Source: Candidatus Multivoradales bacterium (GTDB lineage Bacteria; Acidobacteriota; Thermoanaerobaculia; Multivoradales; JAHEKO01). From it: a stretch of 64,000 nt of DNA. The stretch is taken from assembly GCA_965223855.1 (NCBI GenBank), contig CBDCXM010000009.1:3162006-3226005 (forward strand). Direction: 5' to 3'. The notes below the pieces were generated by a model. It was not told where the DNA came from. It searched no databases and worked only from the letters and a program-made list of their open reading frames with translations. This document shows, piece by piece, positions 9,694 to 18,527 of this stretch (position 1 is its first letter; each line of letters opens with the position of its first letter). Both the position numbers and the translations under genes were made by a program.

Positions 9694-10257
9694 ATGCCCG
9701 ACCGAACCCGTCACTCCGCCTCCGACCGCCCCCTCCTCAGCGCAGTTCTCGCCGCCGCTCTCGCTCTTGCCGCCGGCGGATGCGAGGACGATTCGTCGCC
9801 GACCGACCCTCCACCGCCGGGTGGCGGCGGTGTGATGATTCGCGCCGCCTCGGGGAACTTCGTCCCCCTTGCGGGCACCTGGCAGTCGCGCTGCTTCACC
9901 GCGCCGGCGGGAAGCCCGATCGCTTCCCTGCGCGAGACGTTCGTGATCGACGACGACAGCATCGTCATCGAGCTCTCCGGCTTCCCCTCGTCCGGCTGCT
10001 CCGGACTCGAAGTCAGCCAGGAGTTCGTCGTCACGTACGTCCTCGGCGCGGAAACGACGGCGCGACTCGGAGGCGCCCAGGTGCCTGTGACTCGGATCAC
10101 CGGAACGGTCGAAGCCACCGGCGAGTCGTTCCTCCAGGTATTCCATGTCGACGACACTGCCGTCCACAGGCTCTTCCACGGCGACCTCGACGATCCCCCG
10201 GTCGATGCCGACGGCTACCCCACCGCCCTCTTCGAAGAGTCCCTCGAGCGGAGGTAA
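9694..10257 (+). CDS. Hypothetical lipoprotein
   Basis: Lipobox LAAGGC followed by a Pro-rich linker; GC3-rich codon usage. Confidence 0.65.
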   Translation: MPDRTRHSASDRPLLSAVLAAALALAAGGCEDDSSPTDPPPPGGGGVMIRAASGNFVPLAGTWQSRCFTAPAGSPIASLRETFVIDDDSIVIELSGFPSSGCSGLEVSQEFVVTYVLGAETTARLGGAQVPVTRITGTVEATGESFLQVFHVDDTAVHRLFHGDLDDPPVDADGYPTALFEESLERR

Positions 10258-10275
10258 TCGCGAGGGGAGCGAGCC

Positions 10276-10917
10276 CTACGGCAAGGTCGTCGACCAGGCC
10301 GACGTGTCGCCGGACTCGAAGCCGTCGATGAAGATCTCGCCGCCGTCGAGCAGGACGTCGTCGATGAACATGTCGAGGTTGAACCAGTCGCGGATCTCCG
10401 CCGCTCCGAAGGTGCCGTTGCAGACGACACCGCCGAAGAACCCGGCGCCGCTGCCGGCGAAGTCCTGCGAGCTGTAGAGCAGAGTCCCTCCGGGCTCGTC
10501 GTAGAGATCGATCGTCATCGCCCCCGGAAAGGCGATCCCGAGGAAGCGGCTCGGGATGCGGAAGGTGAGGTTGCAGCTCAAGTTGCAGTCGACGCCGAAG
10601 GTGTCCTCGAGAAAGATGCTCCCGTCCTCGAGAGTCACGTCGTCACCGTCCGGGAAGGTGACGTCCGGGTACTGAGTTCCGAGGGTCGTGCCGGGCGGCA
10701 CCTCCTGAAACGTGATCGCTTCGATCAACCCGGCGTTCATCGCGAAGAGCACCGGATCGTCGTAATCGGTGCACTGGATCGGGCCGAAGGTTCGTGGCCC
10801 CAGGCCGCGGGGGACCGGTCCCGGCAGGTTGGTCGCGTCCTTCGCCGCGAGCTCGTTCGTGCCGGCGGCCGTGAGGGCGGCAACCGCCAGGAGGCAGCAC
10901 CTGGTGAGAGGCTTCAT
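10276..10917 (-). CDS. Secreted protein with C-terminal IFIDGFESGDTSAWS tag
   Basis: Signal peptide MKPLTRCCLLAVAALTAA; ends EIFIDGFESGDTSAWSTTLP. Confidence 0.8.
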   Translation of the reverse strand: MKPLTRCCLLAVAALTAAGTNELAAKDATNLPGPVPRGLGPRTFGPIQCTDYDDPVLFAMNAGLIEAITFQEVPPGTTLGTQYPDVTFPDGDDVTLEDGSIFLEDTFGVDCNLSCNLTFRIPSRFLGIAFPGAMTIDLYDEPGGTLLYSSQDFAGSGAGFFGGVVCNGTFGAAEIRDWFNLDMFIDDVLLDGGEIFIDGFESGDTSAWSTTLP

Positions 10918-11124
10918 CGTGGATCTCCCTTTCATCGCCTTTGCGGTTTGCGCTCGCGGCCCCACACGAGCGGCTGTGGCACCGCGCGCGCCCACGATGA
11001 GCGCGGTGATCATAGAACGACGCCGCCGGCGGTGCGCGTGAAGTCCTAGGCAGCGCCGGTCGCCGTCGCGCCACCCCGTGTGGCGTCCGCGAGCGGCTCT
11101 ACTGGTGGTCGGTTTCCGAGCCGG

Positions 11125-11604
11125 TCACTCGGCGTCGGCTTCCACCTGAATCGACCTCAGGTAGTAGGCGAGTTCCCGCACCTTGCGCTCGGCCCTCTCC
11201 TCGCCGGTCTCGTCGAGAGCGGCCTCGGCCGTCGAGACCGAGCTCTGGAAGACGTCCCCCCACACCGGCATCTCGCCCGAGCCGTGCCCCTTCACCGGCT
11301 CTCGCCCGTCGATCACGGTTCGCACCCACTCCAGGGGAAACTCGCCGTCGCGACGCTCGGAGATCCGCGTCAGGTCCGCAGGCTTGACGGTCAGGTACTG
11401 AGCGATGTTGCCGGAGCCGTCGGCCTCTCTGCCGTGGCAGCTAGCGCAGTAGGTACGGAAGGTCACCCTGCCCTTGGAGGCCAGGAAGCCCGGGCTCTCT
11501 TCTTCGGATTCGGCGCTGCCGAGGGCCGCCATGCCACCCCACCCGAGGAGCGCCGTCAACGCCACCGCCGAATAGATTCCTCGAAACCCGGGACTCGTTC
11601 GCAT
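11125..11604 (-). CDS. Monoheme cytochrome c
   Basis: Signal peptide, YCASCHG heme motif, PADLT and HGSGEMPVWG; GGAAGGAG RBS. Confidence 0.9.
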   Translation of the reverse strand: MRTSPGFRGIYSAVALTALLGWGGMAALGSAESEEESPGFLASKGRVTFRTYCASCHGREADGSGNIAQYLTVKPADLTRISERRDGEFPLEWVRTVIDGREPVKGHGSGEMPVWGDVFQSSVSTAEAALDETGEERAERKVRELAYYLRSIQVEADAE

Positions 11605-11745
11605 CGCACAGACTCCTTCCTTGGTGCTTTGCTCGAACCGTAGCGTTCGAGGGCGCTGCGGCAACACACCTCCCGGGGTGGGGCGGCACCCCATCCCGAG
11701 GGGCGGGCGAGCGGCAGGTCGGGAGGAGGCGGCCCCTCGAAGAGC

Positions 11746-12366
11746 CTAGCCGCCGCCGGAGGGCGACGGCATCATCGCATCGATCACCCGACCCCGCACC
11801 GTGACCGACTGCCCCTTGCGCTCCCGGTCGAGCACGCTCTGCGATTCGAGCTCCGCCTCGAAGGTGAGTGCGATCACCCCGTCCAGTCGCTCGAGATCCA
11901 GGTGACCCGATCGAACCTTCTTGTAGCCCTTGACCAACCCTCTACCGACACCGACCATGATCGTCGGCGTGTCGAGCTTGTCCGTCACCTCGATCCTGCC
12001 GGGAGAGGAGTCCTCCCGGATCAGGTCGATCCAGATGGTCAGGTCGTCCTTCTCGAGATCCTCCGGCAGCATGCGGACCTGGTAGCGGGTCACCCCGTCG
12101 CTGAACAGACCCTCACCCTTGCCCGGATCGAAGTGGACCGACACCCTCGGGTTGGAGCGCGCCTCCTCGAAACCCGAGATCTCGAAATGGCTGAGGCCCT
12201 CGTCGATACCCCCCGGGGCTCGCTTCAAGGTCGCCTTCGCGGCGCCCTCTCCGGCTCCCGCTTCCCCGCCGCCGCAGCCCGTGACCGGGCCGGCCAGCAA
12301 CGCGACCGTCAGCAACGCCTTCGCTCGCTTCCACACCCGGGTTCCGCTATCGATTCCTGCTCGCAT
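11746..12366 (-). CDS. Hypothetical lipoprotein
   Basis: Lipobox-like VTGC; GGAGGAGG RBS before MRAGIDS. Confidence 0.65.
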   Translation of the reverse strand: MRAGIDSGTRVWKRAKALLTVALLAGPVTGCGGGEAGAGEGAAKATLKRAPGGIDEGLSHFEISGFEEARSNPRVSVHFDPGKGEGLFSDGVTRYQVRMLPEDLEKDDLTIWIDLIREDSSPGRIEVTDKLDTPTIMVGVGRGLVKGYKKVRSGHLDLERLDGVIALTFEAELESQSVLDRERKGQSVTVRGRVIDAMMPSPSGGG

Positions 12367-12600
12367 CGCTGCCTCCTCCACTCCTGTCGTGAGCCACGTC
12401 ACGCCGCTCGTCTGCTCGAGCGAGCGTCTACGGAGGATGACGACGGAATCGCCTCGAACCGGACACGCGACCGGACACTCACAGGGAGACGGGGCCTCCT
12501 GCGCACGCTACGGGTGAGCTCCCGCGCGGACTCCCTGTGTCCTCGAGCCCCGCTTCCCGACAGCGGCGACGCACCAACCTCCCCGGGGGGATCTGCGACG

Positions 12601-12993
12601 TCAGTAGGAGTCGCGGTCCAGCGACTCGCGCGCCGGACGGCTGTCGTAGTACGACTCGATCGCGACGATCCTGCCGCCGTCGCAGCGGATCCACTCGCAG
12701 GTCGGCATGTCGCCCTTCGGCGTGTGGTTGGTGAAGCGCACCACCACCACTCCCGGCCCCTCGAGCATCTCGTGAATCTCGAGATCGACCACGCTGTCCC
12801 GCGACATCGGCTCGACGACCTCGAGATAGTGCTCCCGCCCCTCCAGGGTGCCGAACGGGCTCGTGTGCACGAAGCCCTCCGCCAGGATCTCGCGCAACCG
12901 GTCCATGTCGCGATCGAGCCACGACTGGTACCAGGCGCTCGCGAGAGCCCGCGGCTCGTCCGGTCGCGCGACCTCGTCGTCGTGCCCGTTCAT
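12601..12993 (-). CDS. SnoaL-like / NTF2-family protein
   Basis: RDMDRLREILAEGFVHTSPFG...GRIVAIESYYD. Confidence 0.8.
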   Translation of the reverse strand: MNGHDDEVARPDEPRALASAWYQSWLDRDMDRLREILAEGFVHTSPFGTLEGREHYLEVVEPMSRDSVVDLEIHEMLEGPGVVVVRFTNHTPKGDMPTCEWIRCDGGRIVAIESYYDSRPARESLDRDSY

Positions 12994-13009
12994 GAGTCTT
13001 CCCGGGAAG

Positions 13010-13420
13010 TCACTCGACCTGCAGCTCGAAGGTGCCCGTCGAGCGGGTCCTGCCGCGGCTGCGGATCTCCGTGTGCTCGCCGACCATCACACCGTCCTCG
13101 ATCGCCGCGCGCCAGGTCCAGTTTCGCGATCGCCAGGAAGCGGTGCCGGTGATCTCCACCCCCTCTTCGAGCCTCCCCTCGGCCGTCCCCCGCCAGGTGT
13201 TGTTGCGGTTGTCGAACCGGAAGCGGAAGGTCACCTTCCAGCTGTTCTCGCCGTCGGGGACGAACTCCGCCCGCAGAGTGTCGGTCCCCCCGGAGGACCA
13301 GTCGTAAGTGCCCTCGAAGCTTCTCCTCTCCTGGTCGGCGAACGCCGGGCCGATACCGGCTGAGAAGACGACGAGTGCGAGGGCGAAGCCGGCGAGACCG
13401 ACGCAGGCATTCCGTGTCAT
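13010..13420 (-). CDS. Hypothetical secreted beta-rich protein
   Basis: Signal peptide MTRNACVGLAGFALALVVFSAGIGPAFA; AAGGGAG RBS. Confidence 0.65.
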   Translation of the reverse strand: MTRNACVGLAGFALALVVFSAGIGPAFADQERRSFEGTYDWSSGGTDTLRAEFVPDGENSWKVTFRFRFDNRNNTWRGTAEGRLEEGVEITGTASWRSRNWTWRAAIEDGVMVGEHTEIRSRGRTRSTGTFELQVE

Positions 13421-13552
13421 GCAGGAGGCTCCCTTCCGGATTGAGGACCGATGCCGGGTGTGTGCTGCCGGGATGGCGAACGCCTGGCGGCCGCCACACT
13501 CTCTACCGACTCCTCGCAACGGGCGCCGGTTCCGGCGAATTCCGCGTTCGGG

Positions 13553-14005
13553 CTACTCCTCCTGATGGGTGTGGAAGATCTTGGTGACGATCCGCCACCC
13601 CTCGTCGGTGCGGTAGAGACTCAGATAGTCGGTGTAGACCGGCTCTCCGTCGCGCAGCACTTCGACCCGCACCACCGCCGCCGATCCGGTCTGGTGCAGC
13701 AGATGGATCTCGTGACTGATCCCCTCGCCCAGCGGCTCGCCGTTGAGGCCGAGACGCTCCAGCCACTGATCGAGTGTGACCGTCCGCACCCCCTCGTCGC
13801 CCGCCACCTGCATCGCGAACGCCGAATCGAACCCGGTCCGCACCTTCTCCACGTCGCCCTCGAGCCAGATGCCTTCGACGTAGCCGGTCTGCACTGCGGC
13901 CTTGACCGCAGCGGCTTCGCCGTCAGCAGCCTCGTCGGCGAACAGCACCCCGGTCGAAACGAAAGTCAGGGCCGTTGCCGCAAGAGCCCGGGTCAATGTC
14001 TTCAT
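13553..14005 (-). CDS. NTF2-family (putative lumazine-binding) secreted protein
   Basis: YVEGIWLEGD...SAAVVRVE...YTDYLSLYRTDEGWRIVTKIF; AGGAGG RBS. Confidence 0.8.
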   Translation of the reverse strand: MKTLTRALAATALTFVSTGVLFADEAADGEAAAVKAAVQTGYVEGIWLEGDVEKVRTGFDSAFAMQVAGDEGVRTVTLDQWLERLGLNGEPLGEGISHEIHLLHQTGSAAVVRVEVLRDGEPVYTDYLSLYRTDEGWRIVTKIFHTHQEE

Positions 14006-14129
14006 CGCCACCCTCCTGTCGTCATGAGGTTCCAGTGTACCTACGAAGCTTCCCCGAGGATCGTTGCGGGTGGCGACCTCGCTTGCCAAAGTCCCGACGT
14101 TTGTCGCAGCATCCGTAGGGGAGGCCGCC

Positions 14130-14477
14130 ATGACACGTGACGAATCCTGGGACGATCTCGATCGCGAGGGGCGCCGGGCGCGGCGCCGCGAGTTCCGCAA
14201 GCGCAAGGAGCGCAAGCTCGACAGCTACGCCGAGCGCCTCGACGGGCTCGACCTCGACGAGGAACAAGACGCCGAGCTGTTCGAGGAGGTCCGCGGCGTT
14301 CGACGATCCAAGCGGGAGCTGCGCGGCCGCCTGCGCGACCTCTACGACGCGAGCGACCACGAGTGGGACGGCGTGCGCGAGGAGTTCGACGAATCCTGGG
14401 GCGAGTTCGAGAGCGACTGGGAGGATCTCTCGAAGCTGGTCTCGGGGCGGATCGACACCTCCGAGGACGAAGGGTAG
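14130..14477 (+). CDS. Small acidic coiled-coil hypothetical protein
   Basis: GGGGAGG RBS; ASDHEWDGVREEFDESW pattern resembles small coiled-coil stress proteins. Confidence 0.65.
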   Translation: MTRDESWDDLDREGRRARRREFRKRKERKLDSYAERLDGLDLDEEQDAELFEEVRGVRRSKRELRGRLRDLYDASDHEWDGVREEFDESWGEFESDWEDLSKLVSGRIDTSEDEG

Positions 14478-14509
14478 GGCTTCCCCAGTTCTCGAGGTCG
14501 GCGCGGCGC

Positions 14510-14926
14510 TCAGCCGCCGACGAACCGCGCGACCAGCGAATCGAAGTTCAGCGCGAAGTACAGCAGGATCGAGAGATTGCCGAAGGCCAGGGTCGGCAGG
14601 GTCCAGAGCGCCGCGACCAGCGCTCCCTGGTGGAGGTAGATCACGAGGAGCGCCAGCAGCAGCCCGAGGTAGAGATCCGCTCCGATCTGCCTCCCCCAGT
14701 GCAGCCGCGACATCCGCGCCACGGTGGCGAAGAGACTCTCACGGGAGCTGCAATAGACGGTGTAGCCGGTAAACCCGAGCCAGGTGCCCCAGATCAGGAA
14801 TTTGACGCTCGCCATATCGGTTTGAATCGAAAAGGTTCCCGCATCACCGTGCGCGTAGATGGCGACGCCGACGAACAGAGCGTAGGCCGCCCAACTGACT
14901 CCGTTGATGGTCCTCGATTGGCTCAC
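14510..14926 (-). CDS. Hypothetical membrane protein (DUF1475-like)
   Basis: Four hydrophobic segments; GADLYLG and FGNL motifs; start uncertain. Confidence 0.6.
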   Translation of the reverse strand: MSQSRTINGVSWAAYALFVGVAIYAHGDAGTFSIQTDMASVKFLIWGTWLGFTGYTVYCSSRESLFATVARMSRLHWGRQIGADLYLGLLLALLVIYLHQGALVAALWTLPTLAFGNLSILLYFALNFDSLVARFVGG

Positions 14927-15042
14927 TTCAGTTACCCCGCTGAGAGATGTCGTGGACGTGTGGACTGACACACCGAGCACCAGTTTCCGCGGAACGTTCC
15001 GCTAGGATCAAGCGTGAAAGAAACAAAAAGGAGGGAACAGGA

Positions 15043-16080
15043 ATGAAGACTCGCGTTTCGACTTCTCTTGCCTGCTGGGTAGCGCTCCTCCTGATGGCAG
15101 CCGGCGGCCAGGCCCAGACCCGCATCTTCGTCGGCCAGGGAGACGCTTCGTCGCTCCTTTCGGTCAGCATCGCTACCGGCGCGGCGACGAGCACCTCACT
15201 TTCCGGGAAGGTCGTCGCGATGGCCTCGGGTCCGGGCGGCCAGCCGGTCCTCGTGGCCACCGACGGGGGCGTGATCGACGTCCTCGATGACGGAGCGCCG
15301 AGTTCGATCGCCGTCGCCGGCGTGACCGGCCTGGTCGTCGATTCGGCCGCGGACTTCGCCTACCTGTCGATCGGCGGCGACGATCGCATCGATGTCCTCG
15401 ACCTCCAGTCGGAGACCGTCGTCGATACGGTCGCCGTCGGCGACGCGCCCGGCCCGCTGGTCCTGCTCCCCGACGGTATGACGCTCTACGTCGCCAACAC
15501 CGGCGACGGCACCGTCTCGGTGGTCGACCTTCTGGCAGGCATCGAGACGGAGACCGTGGTCGTCGGCCTCGAGCCGCGTGCCATCGCAACGTCTCCCGAC
15601 GGCGGCTTCGTCTATGTCGTGGCAGGCGACGGCAGCCTCACGGCGATCGACACTTCCTCCGACACCGTCGCCGACGACGTCACCGGGCTCACCGATCCGA
15701 CCACCGTCACCGTCTCCTCGACCGGCGGCAGGCTGTACGTCTGCGAGCTCGGCGAGATCACCGTCTTCGACGCCGCCTTCAACGAGCTCGGCGCGGTCGC
15801 GCTCGGCGCCGGCGAGTTCTGCGGTGGAGCGTCGCTCCTCCCTGGCGGGCGCTACGTCGCGTTCAGCGTCACCAGCGATACCGAAGGCACCGACGGCCCG
15901 ACCGGCTCCATCGGCCTCTTCCAGACCTGCTCAGAAACCCTGATCGACAGTTACGGAGCGGGCGCCGCCCCCGGAGTCACTCTCGGCCTGCCCTCGCTCT
16001 CCGTCCTCATCTCCGACGACTTCGAGTCCGGCGACACCCGCGCCTGGCCTACGGAGAGGGGTGGGGTCTGCGTGCCGTAG
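15043..16080 (+). CDS. YVTN/YncE-family beta-propeller, secreted, with near-terminal ISDDFESGDTRAW tag
   Basis: AAGGAGG RBS; repeats TLYVANTGDGTVSVVDL and PRAIATSPDGGFVYV. Confidence 0.85.
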   Translation: MKTRVSTSLACWVALLLMAAGGQAQTRIFVGQGDASSLLSVSIATGAATSTSLSGKVVAMASGPGGQPVLVATDGGVIDVLDDGAPSSIAVAGVTGLVVDSAADFAYLSIGGDDRIDVLDLQSETVVDTVAVGDAPGPLVLLPDGMTLYVANTGDGTVSVVDLLAGIETETVVVGLEPRAIATSPDGGFVYVVAGDGSLTAIDTSSDTVADDVTGLTDPTTVTVSSTGGRLYVCELGEITVFDAAFNELGAVALGAGEFCGGASLLPGGRYVAFSVTSDTEGTDGPTGSIGLFQTCSETLIDSYGAGAAPGVTLGLPSLSVLISDDFESGDTRAWPTERGGVCVP

Positions 16081-16137
16081 CGATCGTTCGGCCCGAGCGT
16101 CCTCTTGCCGGAGACAAAGGCAGCACGAAGCTCCCGC

Positions 16138-17121
16138 TCATCGGGAAGCTGCCCGGGAAGCTGAGCCGAGTGAGCGTCCGCAGGCCAGGAAGTCCCCTAG
16201 GCTCGCACTGAGCCCCACTGTTCCGACGCGGCTCTCGTAGTCACCATCGAAGTGGAGGCGGAGCGCCTTCCGCCCCGCACCCAGCATCTGCCGCAGGAGA
16301 TCTGCCGCTGCCATTCTCTCCAGCTCGAAGAGGGTGCTGGTGCCACGATCGATGCCGCCCGAGATCTTCACCTCGTCGTCCCCAAGATCCACGGTGAGAA
16401 AGGGATAGTCCCGATCCGGCCAGTCCCGCGCGTCCCGCGGGCCCCGTGGCGGGACGCGGCCTCCGACCCAGCGATCGATGAGATACAGAATCTCCAGACG
16501 AAGGCCCCGCACTTGATCGATGACGAAGCGGATGCGTCCCGTCGCACGATCGCCGTCGATCTCCTTCTCGAGCAGGCAGCGAGAGCCGCCCCGCTCGAGT
16601 GCAGCAGCCCACGGCAGCTCGAGGTTCGACTCCCCCGCCTGGACGGCTTCTCTCAGGGCCTGAAGCCAGATCACGTTTCGCAATCGTTCGTCGGGATCGG
16701 CGCCGGGCAACGAAGCCATCACTCCCGGGCGGCAGATCCGATCCGCCCCGTCTCCCCTGCAGCGCAGCCCGACCAGCGCCTCTTCCCTTCTTGCTCGCTT
16801 CACCCTCGGCCGGCACAGAGGAACCACCCCCAGCTCGACCGGCAGCTCGTCCACGCGCTCCCCTGCGAGCAGCTCCAGGACCGTCAGATCGTCGATGGAG
16901 CCGTAGGAGCCGTTGACGACTTCGGCACGGACAACGTAGTCGACCCGCGCAACTCGCTCGACGAGAGTCAGCGCTCGACCAGGGCAGCATTGGGCCTGCG
17001 GCGGCTGCGCAGCGGCCGGCGAGGCCAGCAGCAGGGTCGCGAGGAGCGGCGGGAGCAGACGATGCCTCAGACGCTGATCGCCGAGGCCCTGCGACTCCAG
17101 TGCCCCGGATCGAAGTGCCAC
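16138..17121 (-). CDS. Hypothetical secreted protein; 5' end abuts the left end of element 1
   Basis: 327-aa ORF with signal-like LLPPLLATLLLASPAAAQ. The annotated GTG lies on the GAAGTGCCA terminus, so the true start is uncertain. Confidence 0.55.
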   Translation of the reverse strand: MALRSGALESQGLGDQRLRHRLLPPLLATLLLASPAAAQPPQAQCCPGRALTLVERVARVDYVVRAEVVNGSYGSIDDLTVLELLAGERVDELPVELGVVPLCRPRVKRARREEALVGLRCRGDGADRICRPGVMASLPGADPDERLRNVIWLQALREAVQAGESNLELPWAAALERGGSRCLLEKEIDGDRATGRIRFVIDQVRGLRLEILYLIDRWVGGRVPPRGPRDARDWPDRDYPFLTVDLGDDEVKISGGIDRGTSTLFELERMAAADLLRQMLGAGRKALRLHFDGDYESRVGTVGLSASLGDFLACGRSLGSASRAASR

Positions 17122-18323
17122 TCGAATCTGAGAGAACGCCCCCGTGAGATTCTTCCCCAGCTCCCCGTCTGGGAGAGCATGGGACGAAAGCTCCGCTACC
17201 TGCCTTCAGAAGCCCTCGTAGAAGTCACCTGCCGCGTCATCCAACGGCGCTTCCTCCTGCGCCCGTCTCCCGTTCTCAACGAGATCGTCGTCGGCACCTT
17301 GGCCCGCGCGCAAAGGCGCTACGGGATGAAGGTGTGTGGGTTCGTCTATCTGTCAAACCATTGCCATCTACTGCTCTACCCGACCGACGCCAGGCAGCTC
17401 GCCGACTTCATGCGCTACGTCAACTCCAAGCTTGCTCGCGAGGTCGGACGGCTCCATGACTGGAGAGAGAAAGTCTGGGGGCGGCGCTACGTGGACATCG
17501 AAGTCTCCGAGGAACCCGAAGCCCAGATCCGCCGTCTTCGCTACCTGCTGAGCCAGGGGGTCAAGGAAGGGCTCGTGGGATCGCCGAGGCACTGGCCCGG
17601 GGCCTCTTCGACCAAGGCTCTCCTTCAGGGGGAAGCGCTCGAAGGTGTCTGGATCGATCGCACGGAGCAGTTCAAGGCCCACGAGCGAGGGGAGGCCAAC
17701 CCGGATGCGCTCTTCACCTCCCGCGAAAGAGTGGAACTCTCGCCACTGCCCTGCTGGAACCACGAACCCGAAGGCCACTGGCGATCGGAGGTCCGGCGGA
17801 TGGTGAAGGAGATCGAGGAGGAGGCTCCGGACGACGTGCTGGGTAAGGACGCGATCCTCGCCCAACACCCGCACGATCGTCCCAGCACGCCCGAGAAGCG
17901 CACTCCAGCGCCTCGCTTCCACGCGATCGAAGGAAGCGTGCGCCGGGCGCTCGAGGCCGGCTACGCCCTCGTCGTCCTCGCCTATCGGCAGGCGGCCGAG
18001 GACCTCAAGCGCGGCAGGGCCGCCGAGTTCCCCGCCGGATGCTTCAGGCCGGCCCTGGGCTTCGTACCACTCCCGCTCAAGACCTAGCAGCAACGGGTCG
18101 GCAAGTCCCGATACAAGCCAGCCGGCAAAGCCGGGCGGCGGAGCCGTGCCCACTTCTCGTCAGAGTGACCTCAAGAGCGACGACCGGACCCCGAGAACCG
18201 GCCGACAGGCCCGAAACGCAGCGTCGAGAGCGCAGTTCGGACGAACCTCGCAATGCCGAGGTCGCTCCACCAACCCTTACAGAGCCAGCAGGCCAACTCT
18301 TTCCAGGAAGCGTATGGCACCTC
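17112..18323 (+). mobile_element. Y1/HUH (RAYT-like) transposable element, copy 1
   Basis: Bounded by GAAGTGCCA (17112) and TGGCACCTC (18315-18323). Homology to copy 2 runs between these motifs. Confidence 0.8.
17179..18087 (+). CDS. REP-associated-type tyrosine (Y1/HUH) transposase with C-terminal extension
   Basis: EVTCR, LSNHCHLL (HUH), KVWGRRY, RYLLSQGVKEGLV and HWPGASS; 302 aa. Confidence 0.9.
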   Translation: MGRKLRYLPSEALVEVTCRVIQRRFLLRPSPVLNEIVVGTLARAQRRYGMKVCGFVYLSNHCHLLLYPTDARQLADFMRYVNSKLAREVGRLHDWREKVWGRRYVDIEVSEEPEAQIRRLRYLLSQGVKEGLVGSPRHWPGASSTKALLQGEALEGVWIDRTEQFKAHERGEANPDALFTSRERVELSPLPCWNHEPEGHWRSEVRRMVKEIEEEAPDDVLGKDAILAQHPHDRPSTPEKRTPAPRFHAIEGSVRRALEAGYALVVLAYRQAAEDLKRGRAAEFPAGCFRPALGFVPLPLKT

Positions 18324-18527
18324 TTTGAGCGCCGACATCCGCCGGGCACCGGCCTCGCGGCACCAGCTTCGCGGGCACACCCTTGCCGCTGACACTCACT
18401 TCACTCGCTCGTCGTGGGTCACCGGCCATCGCCCGGCACGTCTAGCCGCACCCGCAGCGCCCCTGCCGCTTCCGTGGGCTAGCATCGCCCATCGCTTCTC
18501 AGACCCGACGAAGTTGAAGGAGACCCG

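Noticed and set aside
16252-17178. 611-aa ORF suggesting a long N-terminal fusion to transposase copy 1
   Set aside because: The extension is the antisense shadow of 16138..17121. Copy 2 starts at the equivalent MGRKLR, and the element boundary is at 17112.
18039-18392. Small ORFs over the 3' segments of the elements (also 22486..22965) as a second element gene such as TnpB
   Set aside because: No shared start, indels shift the frame between copies, and there are no RuvC or zinc-finger motifs.
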